DNA of 57,163 nucleotides from Burkholderiaceae bacterium (GTDB lineage Bacteria; Pseudomonadota; Gammaproteobacteria; Burkholderiales; Burkholderiaceae_B): NCBI GenBank assembly GCA_036834985.1, contig DAITMV010000002.1, positions 1 to 57,163 of the forward strand, read 5' to 3'. Shown piece by piece: positions 31,022 to 41,025 of this stretch (position 1 is its first letter; each line of letters starts with the position of its first letter). The notes under the pieces were generated by a model. It saw only the letters and a program-made list of their open reading frames with translations, ran no database searches and was not told where the DNA came from. The position numbers and the translations under genes were made by a program.

Positions 31022-32185
31022 TTATTGGCTGTCACCTGCGTTTTGCCACACCACCTCTTCATCCACTGCATACAACTTGCAAGGACTTTGACTGTATTTC
31101 TGGCAGTTTTTGATGGCTTCTGAAATGGCCTCGTCACCGCCCGCCGCCCAGCCCCATGCCCCAGACTGGCTCAACGCGAACGCGCGGGGCGGTACGCGGT
31201 TCAAAAAGCTCTTGTAAGCCACTTTACCGCTGTCCTGTATGAAGGGCAGACGAGTGGCTTCATCCAACGGCGCATAGCCGCTGGGCGGCGGGCTTGCCTT
31301 GCTGCCCGTTACATACTTGACCTCGGTGGGCAAGCCCACTTTTTTCATGGCTGACAGTGTTTTGGGTAACCAGATGGGCCACCCTTCAGGGTCGCCAAAC
31401 ATCTTGTGGGCATCCTGCTTAAAGCCGGGATAGATGAGTAATTCACCACTACCTCCTTGTTGACGAAATGCCTCAAACATCTGCTGGCTCAACTCTGGGT
31501 CAAAGTAGCTATCGTTTTCACCGTAGAACCACAAGCTAGGTACTTTGCTCAGCGCGCCCAGACGCCCCACGGCTTCTACCAGCGAGGATTTCCAGTCGCA
31601 GGGCTTGGTGCTGGAGTTAACTTTTAATCCGCCTGCAAAATTGACGGCCAGCTTGATCGGTAACTGACGATTGCCAATCAAGGCCAGCGTAGCCAGTCCG
31701 CCGTAGGATTGACCAAACACCAAAATCTGTTTGGCATCGGCCTGCGGTTGCTGGCGGGCCCACTGGGCAATCGCGGCAACATCGGCCGCCTGCAACTGGG
31801 CATTGGCGTACATGTTGCAGCCGGCGGATACATACGTGCCGCCACTGCCTGAAAACCCTTTACGCATCGGTAATACCACCATGTATCCGCGACGTACAAA
31901 TTCACGCGCTACGGTGTAATAGCGGGCGCGAGGTTGCAGCTTCGGATTACCTTCGGATTTACCGTGATTGATCAGTAAAATCGGAAAAGGACCTGGCCCT
32001 GGCGGTTTAAAGAGGGTGACCTGCAAATCAACCGATTCGCTGCTGTGCACCGGAACGGTCAGCACTTCCTCATTGAGGTTCGGTCCTATGGCCTCCAAGG
32101 GCTCGGGGGTGCGGGCTACAGCCTCTTTGCCAAGGATCAAGGCAAGCAGCAAGACAGCATGATTGAGCAAACCATAAAGCTTCAT
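31022..32185 (-). CDS. secreted dienelactone-hydrolase-like alpha/beta hydrolase
   Basis: Start moved to ATG 32185 (MKLYGLLNHAVLLLALILG signal), which forms an ATGA overlap with the ychJ stop. GQSYGG nucleophile elbow. The tracked 510-aa form overlaps ychJ and is rejected. Confidence 0.7.
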   Translation of the reverse strand: MKLYGLLNHAVLLLALILGKEAVARTPEPLEAIGPNLNEEVLTVPVHSSESVDLQVTLFKPPGPGPFPILLINHGKSEGNPKLQPRARYYTVAREFVRRGYMVVLPMRKGFSGSGGTYVSAGCNMYANAQLQAADVAAIAQWARQQPQADAKQILVFGQSYGGLATLALIGNRQLPIKLAVNFAGGLKVNSSTKPCDWKSSLVEAVGRLGALSKVPSLWFYGENDSYFDPELSQQMFEAFRQQGGSGELLIYPGFKQDAHKMFGDPEGWPIWLPKTLSAMKKVGLPTEVKYVTGSKASPPPSGYAPLDEATRLPFIQDSGKVAYKSFLNRVPPRAFALSQSGAWGWAAGGDEAISEAIKNCQKYSQSPCKLYAVDEEVVWQNAGDSQ

Positions 32186-32574
32186 GAGGCGTGAATGTCC
32201 CCGTCGACATAAAACCATTGATTGTTCTCGCGAATAAATCGACTGGTTTCGTGCAGGCGCTGAGCGGGACCGCCGCCGTCCAGCCGGTAGCGGGCTACAA
32301 ACTCCACCGTGCCCTGATTGCCCGTTTGATGATGTTGTTTGATGCTCAGGCCCATCCACTTGGGGATCGGTTCCTCCAGCGTGTTGACATGTTTGGGGCG
32401 AGTGCTGATATGCCATGTGTTGAGCAGATAGGTTTGATGATGCAAACCATAAGCGACATAGCGTGAACGCATCAATGCCTCGGCGGTGGGGGCATGCTGT
32501 CCCAGCTCGATATACAGTTTGCAGCAGTGATCGTAGTGACGGGCTGACCCACAAGGGCAGTGTTGTGTACTCAT
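32182..32574 (-). CDS. ychJ: YchJ family protein (UPF0225, SEC-C motif)
   Basis: CPCGS...YDHCC SEC-C-type motif followed by the SnoaL-like body typical of YchJ. Confidence 0.8.
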   Translation of the reverse strand: MSTQHCPCGSARHYDHCCKLYIELGQHAPTAEALMRSRYVAYGLHHQTYLLNTWHISTRPKHVNTLEEPIPKWMGLSIKQHHQTGNQGTVEFVARYRLDGGGPAQRLHETSRFIRENNQWFYVDGDIHAS

Positions 32575-32585
32575 GGTGTGGTTCG

Positions 32586-33194
32586 TTAAAAGGGACCGGT
32601 TTGCATCCAGCGCAGGGCCTGATCTAACCGATCATTGCCCCAGAAGCCTTCACCGTCAACAAAGAAAAACGGGGCACCAAACACCTTGCGGGCCATGGAT
32701 TCTTCAACACTGGTTTTAAGCGCGGTTTTCCAGACCTCGTCGCCATGGGCCGCTGCAATCGCTGTACCGTCCAGGCCAAGTTGCGTGCCGATACGGGCCA
32801 GTACCTCGGTCTGCGTGATGTCTTGTCCTTTGACAAAAAACGCTCGAAACACCGCACGCACAAATTCACCTACCTGAGACGATCCTGAGTCGCGCAGCAT
32901 CAGTGTGGCGCGCGCTGCGGCTTGTGATGCAATTGGAAAAGGATCCGGGAACGTAAACGCCAGTCCGTAAAAGTGCGCAGACCGCACAAAGTCACGGATC
33001 GAGTACTCACCTTTGAGTGGAATATGCACCAGTGGCGGAATACCCATCTGTTTGAACACAATGCCCAGCAACACCGGGCAATATCGAACCGTGCGGCCTC
33101 CTTGCGCGGCAATGGCCTCGATGCGCTCAGCAGCGATGTAGCTGTAAGGTGAGGAAAAATCAAAATAAAAATCAATGGTTTTTGAAGTGCTCAT
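32586..33194 (-). CDS. 2-hydroxychromene-2-carboxylate isomerase family (DsbA-like) protein
   Basis: IDFYFDFSSPYSYIA N-terminus and C-terminal GAPFFFVDGEGFWGNDRL, characteristic of the HCCA isomerase/DsbA-like family. Confidence 0.8.
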   Translation of the reverse strand: MSTSKTIDFYFDFSSPYSYIAAERIEAIAAQGGRTVRYCPVLLGIVFKQMGIPPLVHIPLKGEYSIRDFVRSAHFYGLAFTFPDPFPIASQAAARATLMLRDSGSSQVGEFVRAVFRAFFVKGQDITQTEVLARIGTQLGLDGTAIAAAHGDEVWKTALKTSVEESMARKVFGAPFFFVDGEGFWGNDRLDQALRWMQTGPF

Positions 33195-34321
33195 GCCAGT
33201 GCCCGCCCAATCAGAATTTTTTGAATATCGCTGGTACCTTCGTAAATTTGGCAGACCCGCACATCCCGGTATATACGTTCTACAGGATAGTCGCTGACAT
33301 ACCCGTATCCGCCATGCACCTGAATAGCGGCCGAGCAGACGCGTTCGGCCATTTCCGAGGCAAAAAGTTTGGCCATCGCCGCTTCTTTCAGGCAGGGTTG
33401 GCCCGCGTCCTTGAGTGCGGCCGCGTGACGTACCAGTTGCCGGGCTGCTTCAACTTCTGTGGCCATGTCAGCCAGACGAAACTGCACCGCCTGGTGGTTA
33501 AACAAGGTGCTGCCAAAGGCTTCGCGTTCTTTGGCATAGGCCAGTGCGGCTTCCAACGCGGCGCGTGCCATGCCGACGGATTGGGAGGCAATGCCGATGC
33601 GGCCACCCTCTAAGCCCGACAAGGCGATCTTGTATCCCTGACCCTCGTCACCCAAGCGGTACGCCGCTGGAATGGTGCAGTTCTCGAACACGATTTGTGC
33701 CGTGTCCGAGGCGCGTTGTCCCATTTTGTCTTCTAGCCGGGCAACGATGTAACCCGGCGTGTTGGTAGGCACTATAAAAGCGCTGATGCCTTTTTTGCCA
33801 GCGCTGGCATCGGTGACGGCTAGCACAATGGCCACGTCGGCGTATTTGCCGCTGGTGATAAATTGTTTGGTGCCATTGATGACGTACTCATCACCGACGC
33901 GTCGAGCGATGGTTTTGATGGCCGAAGCATCACTGCCCACATGCGGTTCTGTCAGGCAAAACGCGCCCAGCATGCGGCCACTGGCCAGCGGTACCAGCCA
34001 CTGCTCCTGTTGAGTTTGATTGCCCCACGTGAGCAGGATGGAACAGACCGGACAGTTATTGACCGATACCACCGTCGACGTGGCTCCACAGCCAGCGGCG
34101 ATCTCTTCGAGCACAACAGACAACGACACGGCATCTTGCCCTGCGCCCCCCAAGCGCTCGGGGACCATCACACCATAGCAACCCAAGGCGGCAAGGCCTT
34201 TGAGGGCATCGTGCGGGAAGGAGGCATCTTTGTCCCATCGGGCCGCATGGGGTTTGATTTCGCCATCGACAAAATCTTTGACGGCGTTTTGGATCATTCG
34301 TTGATCGTCGTTCAGAATCAT
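33191..34321 (-). CDS. acyl-CoA dehydrogenase (short/branched-chain type)
   Basis: 376 aa. ACAD N/M/C domains, and the YEGTSDIQKILIGR C-terminal catalytic-Glu motif. Confidence 0.9.
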   Translation of the reverse strand: MILNDDQRMIQNAVKDFVDGEIKPHAARWDKDASFPHDALKGLAALGCYGVMVPERLGGAGQDAVSLSVVLEEIAAGCGATSTVVSVNNCPVCSILLTWGNQTQQEQWLVPLASGRMLGAFCLTEPHVGSDASAIKTIARRVGDEYVINGTKQFITSGKYADVAIVLAVTDASAGKKGISAFIVPTNTPGYIVARLEDKMGQRASDTAQIVFENCTIPAAYRLGDEGQGYKIALSGLEGGRIGIASQSVGMARAALEAALAYAKEREAFGSTLFNHQAVQFRLADMATEVEAARQLVRHAAALKDAGQPCLKEAAMAKLFASEMAERVCSAAIQVHGGYGYVSDYPVERIYRDVRVCQIYEGTSDIQKILIGRALA

Positions 34322-34335
34322 GGTGTGTGGCAGGC

Positions 34336-35520
34336 CTATTTAATTAACTCAATCGCCATGGCAGTGGCCTCACCCCCCCCAATACATAAGCTGGCCACAC
34401 CACGTGTGCCACCGGTTCGTTGCAGCGCCCCTATCAATGTAGCGATGATCCGCGCACCACTGGCACCAATCGGATGGCCCAGCGCACAGGCACCACCGTG
34501 AATATTCACTTTGTTGTGCGGAATGTTTAAATCGTGCATGGCGGCCAGGGTCACCACGGCAAATGCCTCGTTGATTTCAAATAAATCGGTTGTTTCAACG
34601 GTCCAGCCGACGGTGTTCATCAGCTTGCGCATGGCCTCGACCGGAGCGGTGGAAAACCAGGCGGGCTCCTGCGCATGTGTGCTGTGCGCCACAATGCGCG
34701 CAATCGGGCGCACCCCGCGTGCAGCAGCATCTGTGCCTCGCATTAAAACAAGCGCTGCGGCGCCGTCAGAAATCGATGAACTGTTGGCAGCGGTCACCGT
34801 ACCGTCCTTGCGAAAGGCCGGTTTGAGGGTTGGGATTTTCTCAGGGCTGGCGTTCAGCGGTTGTTCGTCGTAACGAATTGTCGCCGCACCTTTGCGCGTC
34901 TGGATCTCGATAGGCTCGATTTCCCAATCAAACCAGCCGTTTTGATTAGCGGCTTTGGCGCGCTTTAAGGATTCGAGCGCAAACTCGTCTTGCACCTGCC
35001 GGCTGAATGCATACTTGCCTGCGCAGTCTTCGGCAAAGGTGCCCATCAGTCGGCCTTTTTGATACGCGTCTTCAAGCCCGTCAAAAAACATGTGATCAAT
35101 CACAGCACCATGGCCCATGCGCATGCCACCGCGTGCCTTGGGCAGCAGATAGGGCGCGTTGCTCATGCTTTCCATGCCGCCAGCTGCCATCACGGTGTTG
35201 GTACCTGCTTTGAGCAGGTCGTGCGCCAACATCACGGCTTTCATGCCCGAGCCGCACATCTTGTTGATGGTGGTCGACCCCGCCGATAGCGGCAACCCTG
35301 CACCAAGGGCTGCCTGTCGTGCGGGCGCTTGGCCCTGCCCGGCGGGTAAAACACAGCCCATGATGACTTCTTCAACGAGCGCGGGTGCCAACCCGCTGCG
35401 CTGAACGGCTGCACGTATCGCATGTGCCCCCAACTGGGCGCAGGTTTGTGAACTTAACTCCCCGGCAAAGCCGCCCATGGGCGTTCGCGCAGCACCTACG
35501 ATAACAATGGAATCACTCAT
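34336..35520 (-). CDS. acetyl-CoA C-acyltransferase (thiolase)
   Basis: NKMCGSGMKAV active Cys, NIHGGACALGHPIGASGARI and CIGGGEA thiolase signatures. Confidence 0.93.
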   Translation of the reverse strand: MSDSIVIVGAARTPMGGFAGELSSQTCAQLGAHAIRAAVQRSGLAPALVEEVIMGCVLPAGQGQAPARQAALGAGLPLSAGSTTINKMCGSGMKAVMLAHDLLKAGTNTVMAAGGMESMSNAPYLLPKARGGMRMGHGAVIDHMFFDGLEDAYQKGRLMGTFAEDCAGKYAFSRQVQDEFALESLKRAKAANQNGWFDWEIEPIEIQTRKGAATIRYDEQPLNASPEKIPTLKPAFRKDGTVTAANSSSISDGAAALVLMRGTDAAARGVRPIARIVAHSTHAQEPAWFSTAPVEAMRKLMNTVGWTVETTDLFEINEAFAVVTLAAMHDLNIPHNKVNIHGGACALGHPIGASGARIIATLIGALQRTGGTRGVASLCIGGGEATAMAIELIK

Positions 35521-37403
35521 GATGACAATCCTGTTTTATTTCTTTTGAATTTTTTGCAAAACCGAATGTTCTCGGCGTAGGGGAAAATATCCTCAATGTG
35601 ACCGTCGATGATGCGTTGTTTGCGACGTTGCCAAAAGCTGTATTCAAGCAGGTCAGCATGGTGTTTGAGAAACACGGCGCGAATCCGTCGGTCGGTCAGC
35701 AGGAATTGACCAAACTCTTCGGGGAATACGTCTTTAGGCCCGATGCGGTACCACGGTTCGGACGACATCTCTGCTTCGGGATTGGGGGCTTCCGGTATTT
35801 GCCGGAAGTTGCAATCGGTCATGTATTCGATTTCGTCGTAATCGTAGAACACAACGCGTCCCAAGCGCGTTACGCCAAAGTTTTTAAACAACATGTCGCC
35901 CGGGAAAATATTGGCCGCGGCCAGTTGTTTGATCGCATTGCCATATTCAACGATGCCGTGTTCAACTTCCGCATCTGTACCCGTGTGCAGATAGATGTTC
36001 AACGGTGTCATGCGTCGTTCGATATACAACAGCTTGATGACGACCGTATCGCCGTCTTCGTCGATGCTTGATTCACACAAATTGCGAAGCTCTTGCAGCA
36101 GCTCTTCAGAAAAGCGTGCCTTGGGCAGGGCCACTTGAGAGTATTCCCAGGTGTCGGCCATGCGACCGACGCGGTCGTGTTGCTTGACCAACTGATATTT
36201 CTTGATGACCCCGTCGCGATCAATCTCTTTGGGTTGGCCAATTTTGTCTTTGATCAGTTTGAACACGTAGGGATAGGACGGCAAGGTAAACACCGCCATC
36301 ACCAAACCCTTGATGCCCGGTGCAATGATGAATTTATCGTGTGAGTGTTTTAAGTGATGCAAAAAGTCGCGGTAAAAAAGCGTCTTGCCCTGCTTTTGCA
36401 AACCGAGCATGGTGTACATCTCGGCTTTGGGCTTGTTGGGCAGAAGGGTTCTGAGGAACTGTACGTAAGCACCCGGAACTTCCATATCCACCATGAAGTA
36501 GGCACGCGTAAAGCTGAACAAGGTGGCAATTTGCTGAGCGTTAAACAACACGGTATCGATGTACAGTCGGCCTTCAGAATCCCGCAGCACCGGAATGGCA
36601 AAAGGCGTTGGCATATTGCCATTGACAAATTTTCCAATGATGTATGCGCCTTTGTTACGCAAAAACAGGCTGGATAACACCTGGATCTGGCAATCCTGAT
36701 CAATCTTGATGGGGCGCGGAAAAATCTGTCGGGCATGCAAAATGATGTAGCGCAGGTCGCGTTCCAGATTGACAAATGGACTGGTCAATCCAAAATCATG
36801 GATGACTTGTCGCAGCGTGTTTCTCAGACCCGTCAACAGCGGGTAGTAGCTGCGGTAAGACGGTGGATCAGACTCCACATATTCAGTGGATACCGCTGGC
36901 CGCACAAACAAAAAGCTGTTGTGAAAATAATCGCGGTGAAGGATTTTCGTGGTGACTGAGTTAAAAAAGGTTTCAGCCAGTTCGGGCTGCTTGTGATCCA
37001 CCAAATAAGTCACATACCGGGTTTTAACACGCTGCCAGACCGAGTCGGGCAGGGTATCGGCGTTAAACTCGGAGTGAAGCTGATCGACGGCTTCGGTGAC
37101 CCGTTCATCGTAAAACGCAATCCGTTCGCTGGCCAGCCGCTGAATACCATGCCAGTCACCGGTCTGAAACAGGTTCTTGGCTTGTTGTGCACAGTATCGG
37201 AACAGGCGGTAGTGTTTGTCAAAGCCTGCCAATATGGTGGAGGCAATGCGCTTGGACAGTTCCCGCTCTTCCTCTTCGGTGAATCGCTGGGTGCGGCTGT
37301 CGTCATGGGTGGAGGATGCCAGCAAGGCACCAGCGGCTTCGTGATCAGTCAGGTAGTCAACGTCCAAAGCAGCTTGAGTGCTTTGTGGCAGATGCAGACT
37401 CAT
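35517..37403 (-). CDS. aceK: bifunctional isocitrate dehydrogenase kinase/phosphatase
   Basis: About 628 aa. AceK-typical FDKHYRLFR near the N-terminus and a YDYDEI...PWY C-terminal kinase region. Start set at ATG 37403, which follows AAGGA. Confidence 0.88.
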   Translation of the reverse strand: MSLHLPQSTQAALDVDYLTDHEAAGALLASSTHDDSRTQRFTEEEERELSKRIASTILAGFDKHYRLFRYCAQQAKNLFQTGDWHGIQRLASERIAFYDERVTEAVDQLHSEFNADTLPDSVWQRVKTRYVTYLVDHKQPELAETFFNSVTTKILHRDYFHNSFLFVRPAVSTEYVESDPPSYRSYYPLLTGLRNTLRQVIHDFGLTSPFVNLERDLRYIILHARQIFPRPIKIDQDCQIQVLSSLFLRNKGAYIIGKFVNGNMPTPFAIPVLRDSEGRLYIDTVLFNAQQIATLFSFTRAYFMVDMEVPGAYVQFLRTLLPNKPKAEMYTMLGLQKQGKTLFYRDFLHHLKHSHDKFIIAPGIKGLVMAVFTLPSYPYVFKLIKDKIGQPKEIDRDGVIKKYQLVKQHDRVGRMADTWEYSQVALPKARFSEELLQELRNLCESSIDEDGDTVVIKLLYIERRMTPLNIYLHTGTDAEVEHGIVEYGNAIKQLAAANIFPGDMLFKNFGVTRLGRVVFYDYDEIEYMTDCNFRQIPEAPNPEAEMSSEPWYRIGPKDVFPEEFGQFLLTDRRIRAVFLKHHADLLEYSFWQRRKQRIIDGHIEDIFPYAENIRFCKKFKRNKTGLSS

Positions 37404-37503
37404 AAAAATATCCTTAGCGGGTTTGGGCAAACAACTCTCACCCCGTCAGCATACGACGTATTGTGGTCATTCTTGCAGCAATTTCACACGGTTTTGCATC
37501 AGC

Positions 37504-37890
37504 TCAGGGTGACCCGGCGCGGGCTTCTTCGAGCAGGCGGTGGCAGCGGGCCTCGTTGGTGGCGATCTCTTGCAGGGTGATCTCAATGTCGCGACGCTGC
37601 TGCTCCAAAGTTTGCCGGTGTTTGTTCAGCACCACCAGAAATTGCTCCAGCTGGGGCGCGTTGTTGCCCGAGCTGTCGTACATGTCCATCAGCGCTTTGA
37701 TTTCGGACAGGCTCAGGCCCAGCCGCTTGCCTCGCAGGGTCAGCTTGAGCCGGGTGCGGTCGCGGGCATTGTAAACACGGTTACGGCCCTCACGCAGGGG
37801 TTCAAGAATGCCCTGGTCTTCGTAAAAACGAATGGCCCGGGGGGTAATCTCGAACTCTTTTGACAGCTGGCTGATTGTGTATGTGCTCAT
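37504..37890 (-). CDS. liuR: MerR family transcriptional regulator (LiuR-like)
   Basis: MSTYTISQLSKEFEITPRAIRFYEDQGIL MerR HTH. Start moved to ATG 37890. A palindromic ACGT-rich operator lies just upstream. Confidence 0.75.
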   Translation of the reverse strand: MSTYTISQLSKEFEITPRAIRFYEDQGILEPLREGRNRVYNARDRTRLKLTLRGKRLGLSLSEIKALMDMYDSSGNNAPQLEQFLVVLNKHRQTLEQQRRDIEITLQEIATNEARCHRLLEEARAGSP

Positions 37891-37943
37891 GGACTGGACT
37901 TGAAGAGGTTTTAACCTACAATGCATCTATTGTACTTTCGCAG

Positions 37944-37959
37944 TTAACGTAAACGTCAA
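37944..37959. promoter_or_regulatory. LiuR(MerR)-type operator in the liuR / MBL divergent region
   Basis: TTAACGTAAACGTCAA has the same TTRACGTWWACGTYAA pattern as the double site upstream of icmF. Confidence 0.6.
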
Positions 37960-37970
37960 CTGGTGATGTG

Positions 37971-38993
37971 ATGACGATCCAAAAATTATTCGACGCCCCT
38001 CCGGCCTTGGGCCAGCCACTGCATGTGGGCCAGGGCATCTGGTGGGTGCGCCTGCCTCTGCCGTTTGCGCTGGACCATATCAACGTCTGGCTGCTAGAGG
38101 ACGGCGATGGCTTTACCCTGGTCGATTGCGGTGCGGGTACTTCGGCCGTGCAGGCGCTGTGGGAGTCCATGGCGACCGGTTTTCTGAAGGATCGTCCGAT
38201 CACCCGGATCATCGTCACCCACAGCCACCCTGACCACATCGGCATGGCCGGCCTGCTGGCCAAACGGTATGGCGTCCCGGTCTGGATGACTACAGGCGAA
38301 TTTATGACCGCTCGTGTCCTGATTGCCGATTTACAGGGAGTGGACCGTGACACCATGATGAGCTTTTACGCCACCCACGGCATGGTCGACGAACGCGCCG
38401 AGGAAACCGGGGCTGCCCGTGGCGGCTTGTTTGGCCGATTGGTGCCTGAGCCTCCCATCCAGTTTGTGCGCCTGCGCGAAGGCGACGTGATTCGCATCGG
38501 AGAACATGAGTGGCGCGTCTGGACAGGTTTTGGCCATTCTCCAGAGCATGCCAGTCTGATCAGCGCCTCGGCGGGGTGGATGATCAGTGGCGACATGTTG
38601 TTGCCCACGATCTCGACCAATGTCAGCGTGTTCCCCACCGAGCCGCTGGGCAACCCCTTGGCCCTGTTTTTGGAGTCAGTTGAGCGGATGCTGCAACTGG
38701 ACGATACCCTGAACATTTTGCCCTCCCACGGATTACCGTTTACCGGGGCGCATGCCCGTTGTCACCAGCTGTTGGCGCACCATGCCGAGCGACTGGATGT
38801 ATTGCTCGCTGCCCTGACTGAACCCAAGTCAGCGCGTGACATCATTTCCGTGTTGTTCCGGCGCGAGCTCGATGGTCATCAGCTCAGTTTTGCCATGGGT
38901 GAGGCGATTGCTCACCTGCATCACCTGTTTTACAGCGGCAAAGCCTTGCGCCGTCGAGGGGATGACGGCATCTGGCGATTTGTGGCGGCCTGA
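37971..38993 (+). CDS. MBL-fold metallo-hydrolase
   Basis: VTHSHPDHIG motif and an MBL-fold body. Divergent from liuR. Confidence 0.8.
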   Translation: MTIQKLFDAPPALGQPLHVGQGIWWVRLPLPFALDHINVWLLEDGDGFTLVDCGAGTSAVQALWESMATGFLKDRPITRIIVTHSHPDHIGMAGLLAKRYGVPVWMTTGEFMTARVLIADLQGVDRDTMMSFYATHGMVDERAEETGAARGGLFGRLVPEPPIQFVRLREGDVIRIGEHEWRVWTGFGHSPEHASLISASAGWMISGDMLLPTISTNVSVFPTEPLGNPLALFLESVERMLQLDDTLNILPSHGLPFTGAHARCHQLLAHHAERLDVLLAALTEPKSARDIISVLFRRELDGHQLSFAMGEAIAHLHHLFYSGKALRRRGDDGIWRFVAA

Positions 38994-39003
38994 GCGTATC
39001 CCC

Positions 39004-39933
39004 ATGCATGTCGGCCCCCAGCCTGTTCTGCGCTCACCCGACCGAACCTTGGTCATCAAACTGGTACTGATGGCCCTATTTTGGGGAGGTACTTTTATTG
39101 CCGGACGACACCTGGCGACCACCGTGCCGCACGGCTTGGCGGCCAGCGTCCGGTATTGGTTGGCCAGCGCCTGCCTGCTGCCTCTGGCCCTGCGTCAGTG
39201 CGGTGGCTTGGCGGGGTTTTTCCGTTTATCACCCACACAATGGGTGGCGACATTCATCTGTGGACTGACAGGCATCGCCCTGTACAACATCGCTTTTTTT
39301 GGGGCCCTGGCCCGATTGCCCGGCGGGCGTACCGCGCTGATTGTGGCGTTGAACCCCATCATGATTTCTGTGGTCGCCTCGTTGGTGTTTCGTGATCGGT
39401 TACGGCCTGTGCAATGGCTGGGCGTTGTTACTGCACTTTTGGGAACAGGGGTTGTGATTTCGCGGGGTGATTTGTTCAGCCACCCGGCCTCCCTGTTTGA
39501 AACCTTTGGCATGGGCGAGGCCATCATGTTCGGCGGTGTGGCGGCATGGGCGGTCTACACCATCACCGGTCGTGTGGCTGTCAATCATATGTCGGCCTTG
39601 GTGGCCACCACCTGGGCCTGTGTCTGGGGGACACTCATTTTGACCGTATGGGCTTTGCTTCGCGGCGATTTACACGGCTTTACCCAGCTGTCGCTGCTGG
39701 ACTGGAGCGGCATTGTCTATTTAGGTGTGCTGGCCACCGCGATCAGTTTTGTGTGGTTTTACCAGGGCGTGGCGGTGCTCGGCCCTGCCCGTACGGCCGT
39801 GTTCACCAATCTAGTGCCTGTATTTGGCGTCTTGCTGGCCAGCTTGTTGCTTCAAGAACCTTTGCTACCCAGCATGCTGGTCGGTGGCCTGATTGTGATG
39901 ACAGGGGTGTATTTGACCCAGCGAACCCCTTGA
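39004..39933 (+). CDS. DMT superfamily (EamA) transporter
   Basis: Ten-TM pattern with two EamA repeats. Start moved to ATG 39004, after the upstream stop. Confidence 0.8.
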   Translation: MHVGPQPVLRSPDRTLVIKLVLMALFWGGTFIAGRHLATTVPHGLAASVRYWLASACLLPLALRQCGGLAGFFRLSPTQWVATFICGLTGIALYNIAFFGALARLPGGRTALIVALNPIMISVVASLVFRDRLRPVQWLGVVTALLGTGVVISRGDLFSHPASLFETFGMGEAIMFGGVAAWAVYTITGRVAVNHMSALVATTWACVWGTLILTVWALLRGDLHGFTQLSLLDWSGIVYLGVLATAISFVWFYQGVAVLGPARTAVFTNLVPVFGVLLASLLLQEPLLPSMLVGGLIVMTGVYLTQRTP

Positions 39934-39999
39934 ATGATTGCCAATCGCCCCCACATCGTGCTCTAATCCACGCCCAAAAGAAGCATTTGCTTACAGACC

Positions 40000-40989
40000 A
40001 TGAGCCGCACTCCACAGCAACTGATACCCGTCACCATCCTCACCGGCTTTTTAGGCAGCGGTAAAACCACGCTCTTAAATCGCATACTCAAAGAGCATCA
40101 TGGTCAGAAGATCGCCGTGATCGAAAATGAATTTGGTCAGGAAGGCGTCGACAACGATCTCTTACTGCAAGAGCGTGAAGAAACCGTGGTCGAGATGAAC
40201 AACGGTTGCCTGTGCTGCACCGTGCGGGGCGATTTGGCCCGCATCATGACCAGCCTGCGTGAGCGCCGCGCCTCGGGTGAAATCAAGTTTGACCGCGTGG
40301 TGATCGAAACCACCGGCATGGCTGACCCCGGCCCCGTGGCGCAAACCTTCTTTGTGGATGATGAAGTTGCTGAGCATTACCTGCTTGATGCCGTGATTAC
40401 CGTCGTCGATGCCAAACATGGCATGAAGCAGCTGGATGAGCATCGCGAAGTACAGCAACAGGTGGGTTTTGCCGACAAAATGCTGCTTTCCAAAACCGAT
40501 TTGTGTACACCCGAAGAGGTCGAGGTGTTAAAGCAGCGCCTGGCCCACATGAACTTACGTGCGCCGATCATGATTTCCGATTTTGGTAACGCACCCGTTG
40601 ATAAACTGCTGGATGTACGTGGTTTTAACCTCAATGCCGTGCTGGATATTGACCCCAACTTTCTCGAAGAAGACCATCACACGCACAATGATGATATTTC
40701 TTCGTTTGTGTTTATGTCCGATAAGCCGTTTAATTCAGAGAAGTTCGAAGAATTCATGGGTGCCATCACCCAAGTGTACGGTGAAGACATGCTCAGGTAT
40801 AAAGGTATTCTAAGCATGAAAGGCAGTGATCGCCGGACGCTGTTCCAAGGCGTGCACATGCTGATGGGTGCTGATGTAGGTAGGCGCTGGGAGCCGGCTG
40901 AGAAACGGTCCAGCAAAATGGTGTTTATTGGGCGCAAACTGCCCAAGGAACTCTTTATAAAAGGGTTGGAGCAATGCCTGGCCCGTTAA
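40000..40989 (+). CDS. COG0523 (CobW/ZigA/YjiA-type) metallochaperone GTPase
   Basis: GFLGSGKTTLLN P-loop, the CLCC metal motif (NGCLCCTVRGDL) and an EEDHHTHNDD His-rich stretch. Confidence 0.88.
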   Translation: MSRTPQQLIPVTILTGFLGSGKTTLLNRILKEHHGQKIAVIENEFGQEGVDNDLLLQEREETVVEMNNGCLCCTVRGDLARIMTSLRERRASGEIKFDRVVIETTGMADPGPVAQTFFVDDEVAEHYLLDAVITVVDAKHGMKQLDEHREVQQQVGFADKMLLSKTDLCTPEEVEVLKQRLAHMNLRAPIMISDFGNAPVDKLLDVRGFNLNAVLDIDPNFLEEDHHTHNDDISSFVFMSDKPFNSEKFEEFMGAITQVYGEDMLRYKGILSMKGSDRRTLFQGVHMLMGADVGRRWEPAEKRSSKMVFIGRKLPKELFIKGLEQCLAR

Positions 40990-41025
40990 GTGCGAAGCAC
41001 GATTGTTGACCAGAGAGGCGGATGT

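Noticed and set aside
31022-32554. 510-aa version of the hydrolase ORF
   Set aside because: The N-terminal 123 codons overlap the well-supported ychJ gene in another frame and look like noise. An internal ATG at 32185 gives a clean signal peptide and an ATGA stop/start junction with ychJ.
33863-34501. 212-aa plus-strand ORF
   Set aside because: Antisense to the acyl-CoA dehydrogenase and thiolase genes. It is a shadow ORF.
39981-39992. AAGCA-TT-TGCTT inverted repeat just upstream of the COG0523 gene as a possible Zur box
   Set aside because: It has only 5-bp arms and does not resemble the AT-rich GTTATA/TATAAC-type Zur consensus I know. It is kept only as a place to run a PWM.
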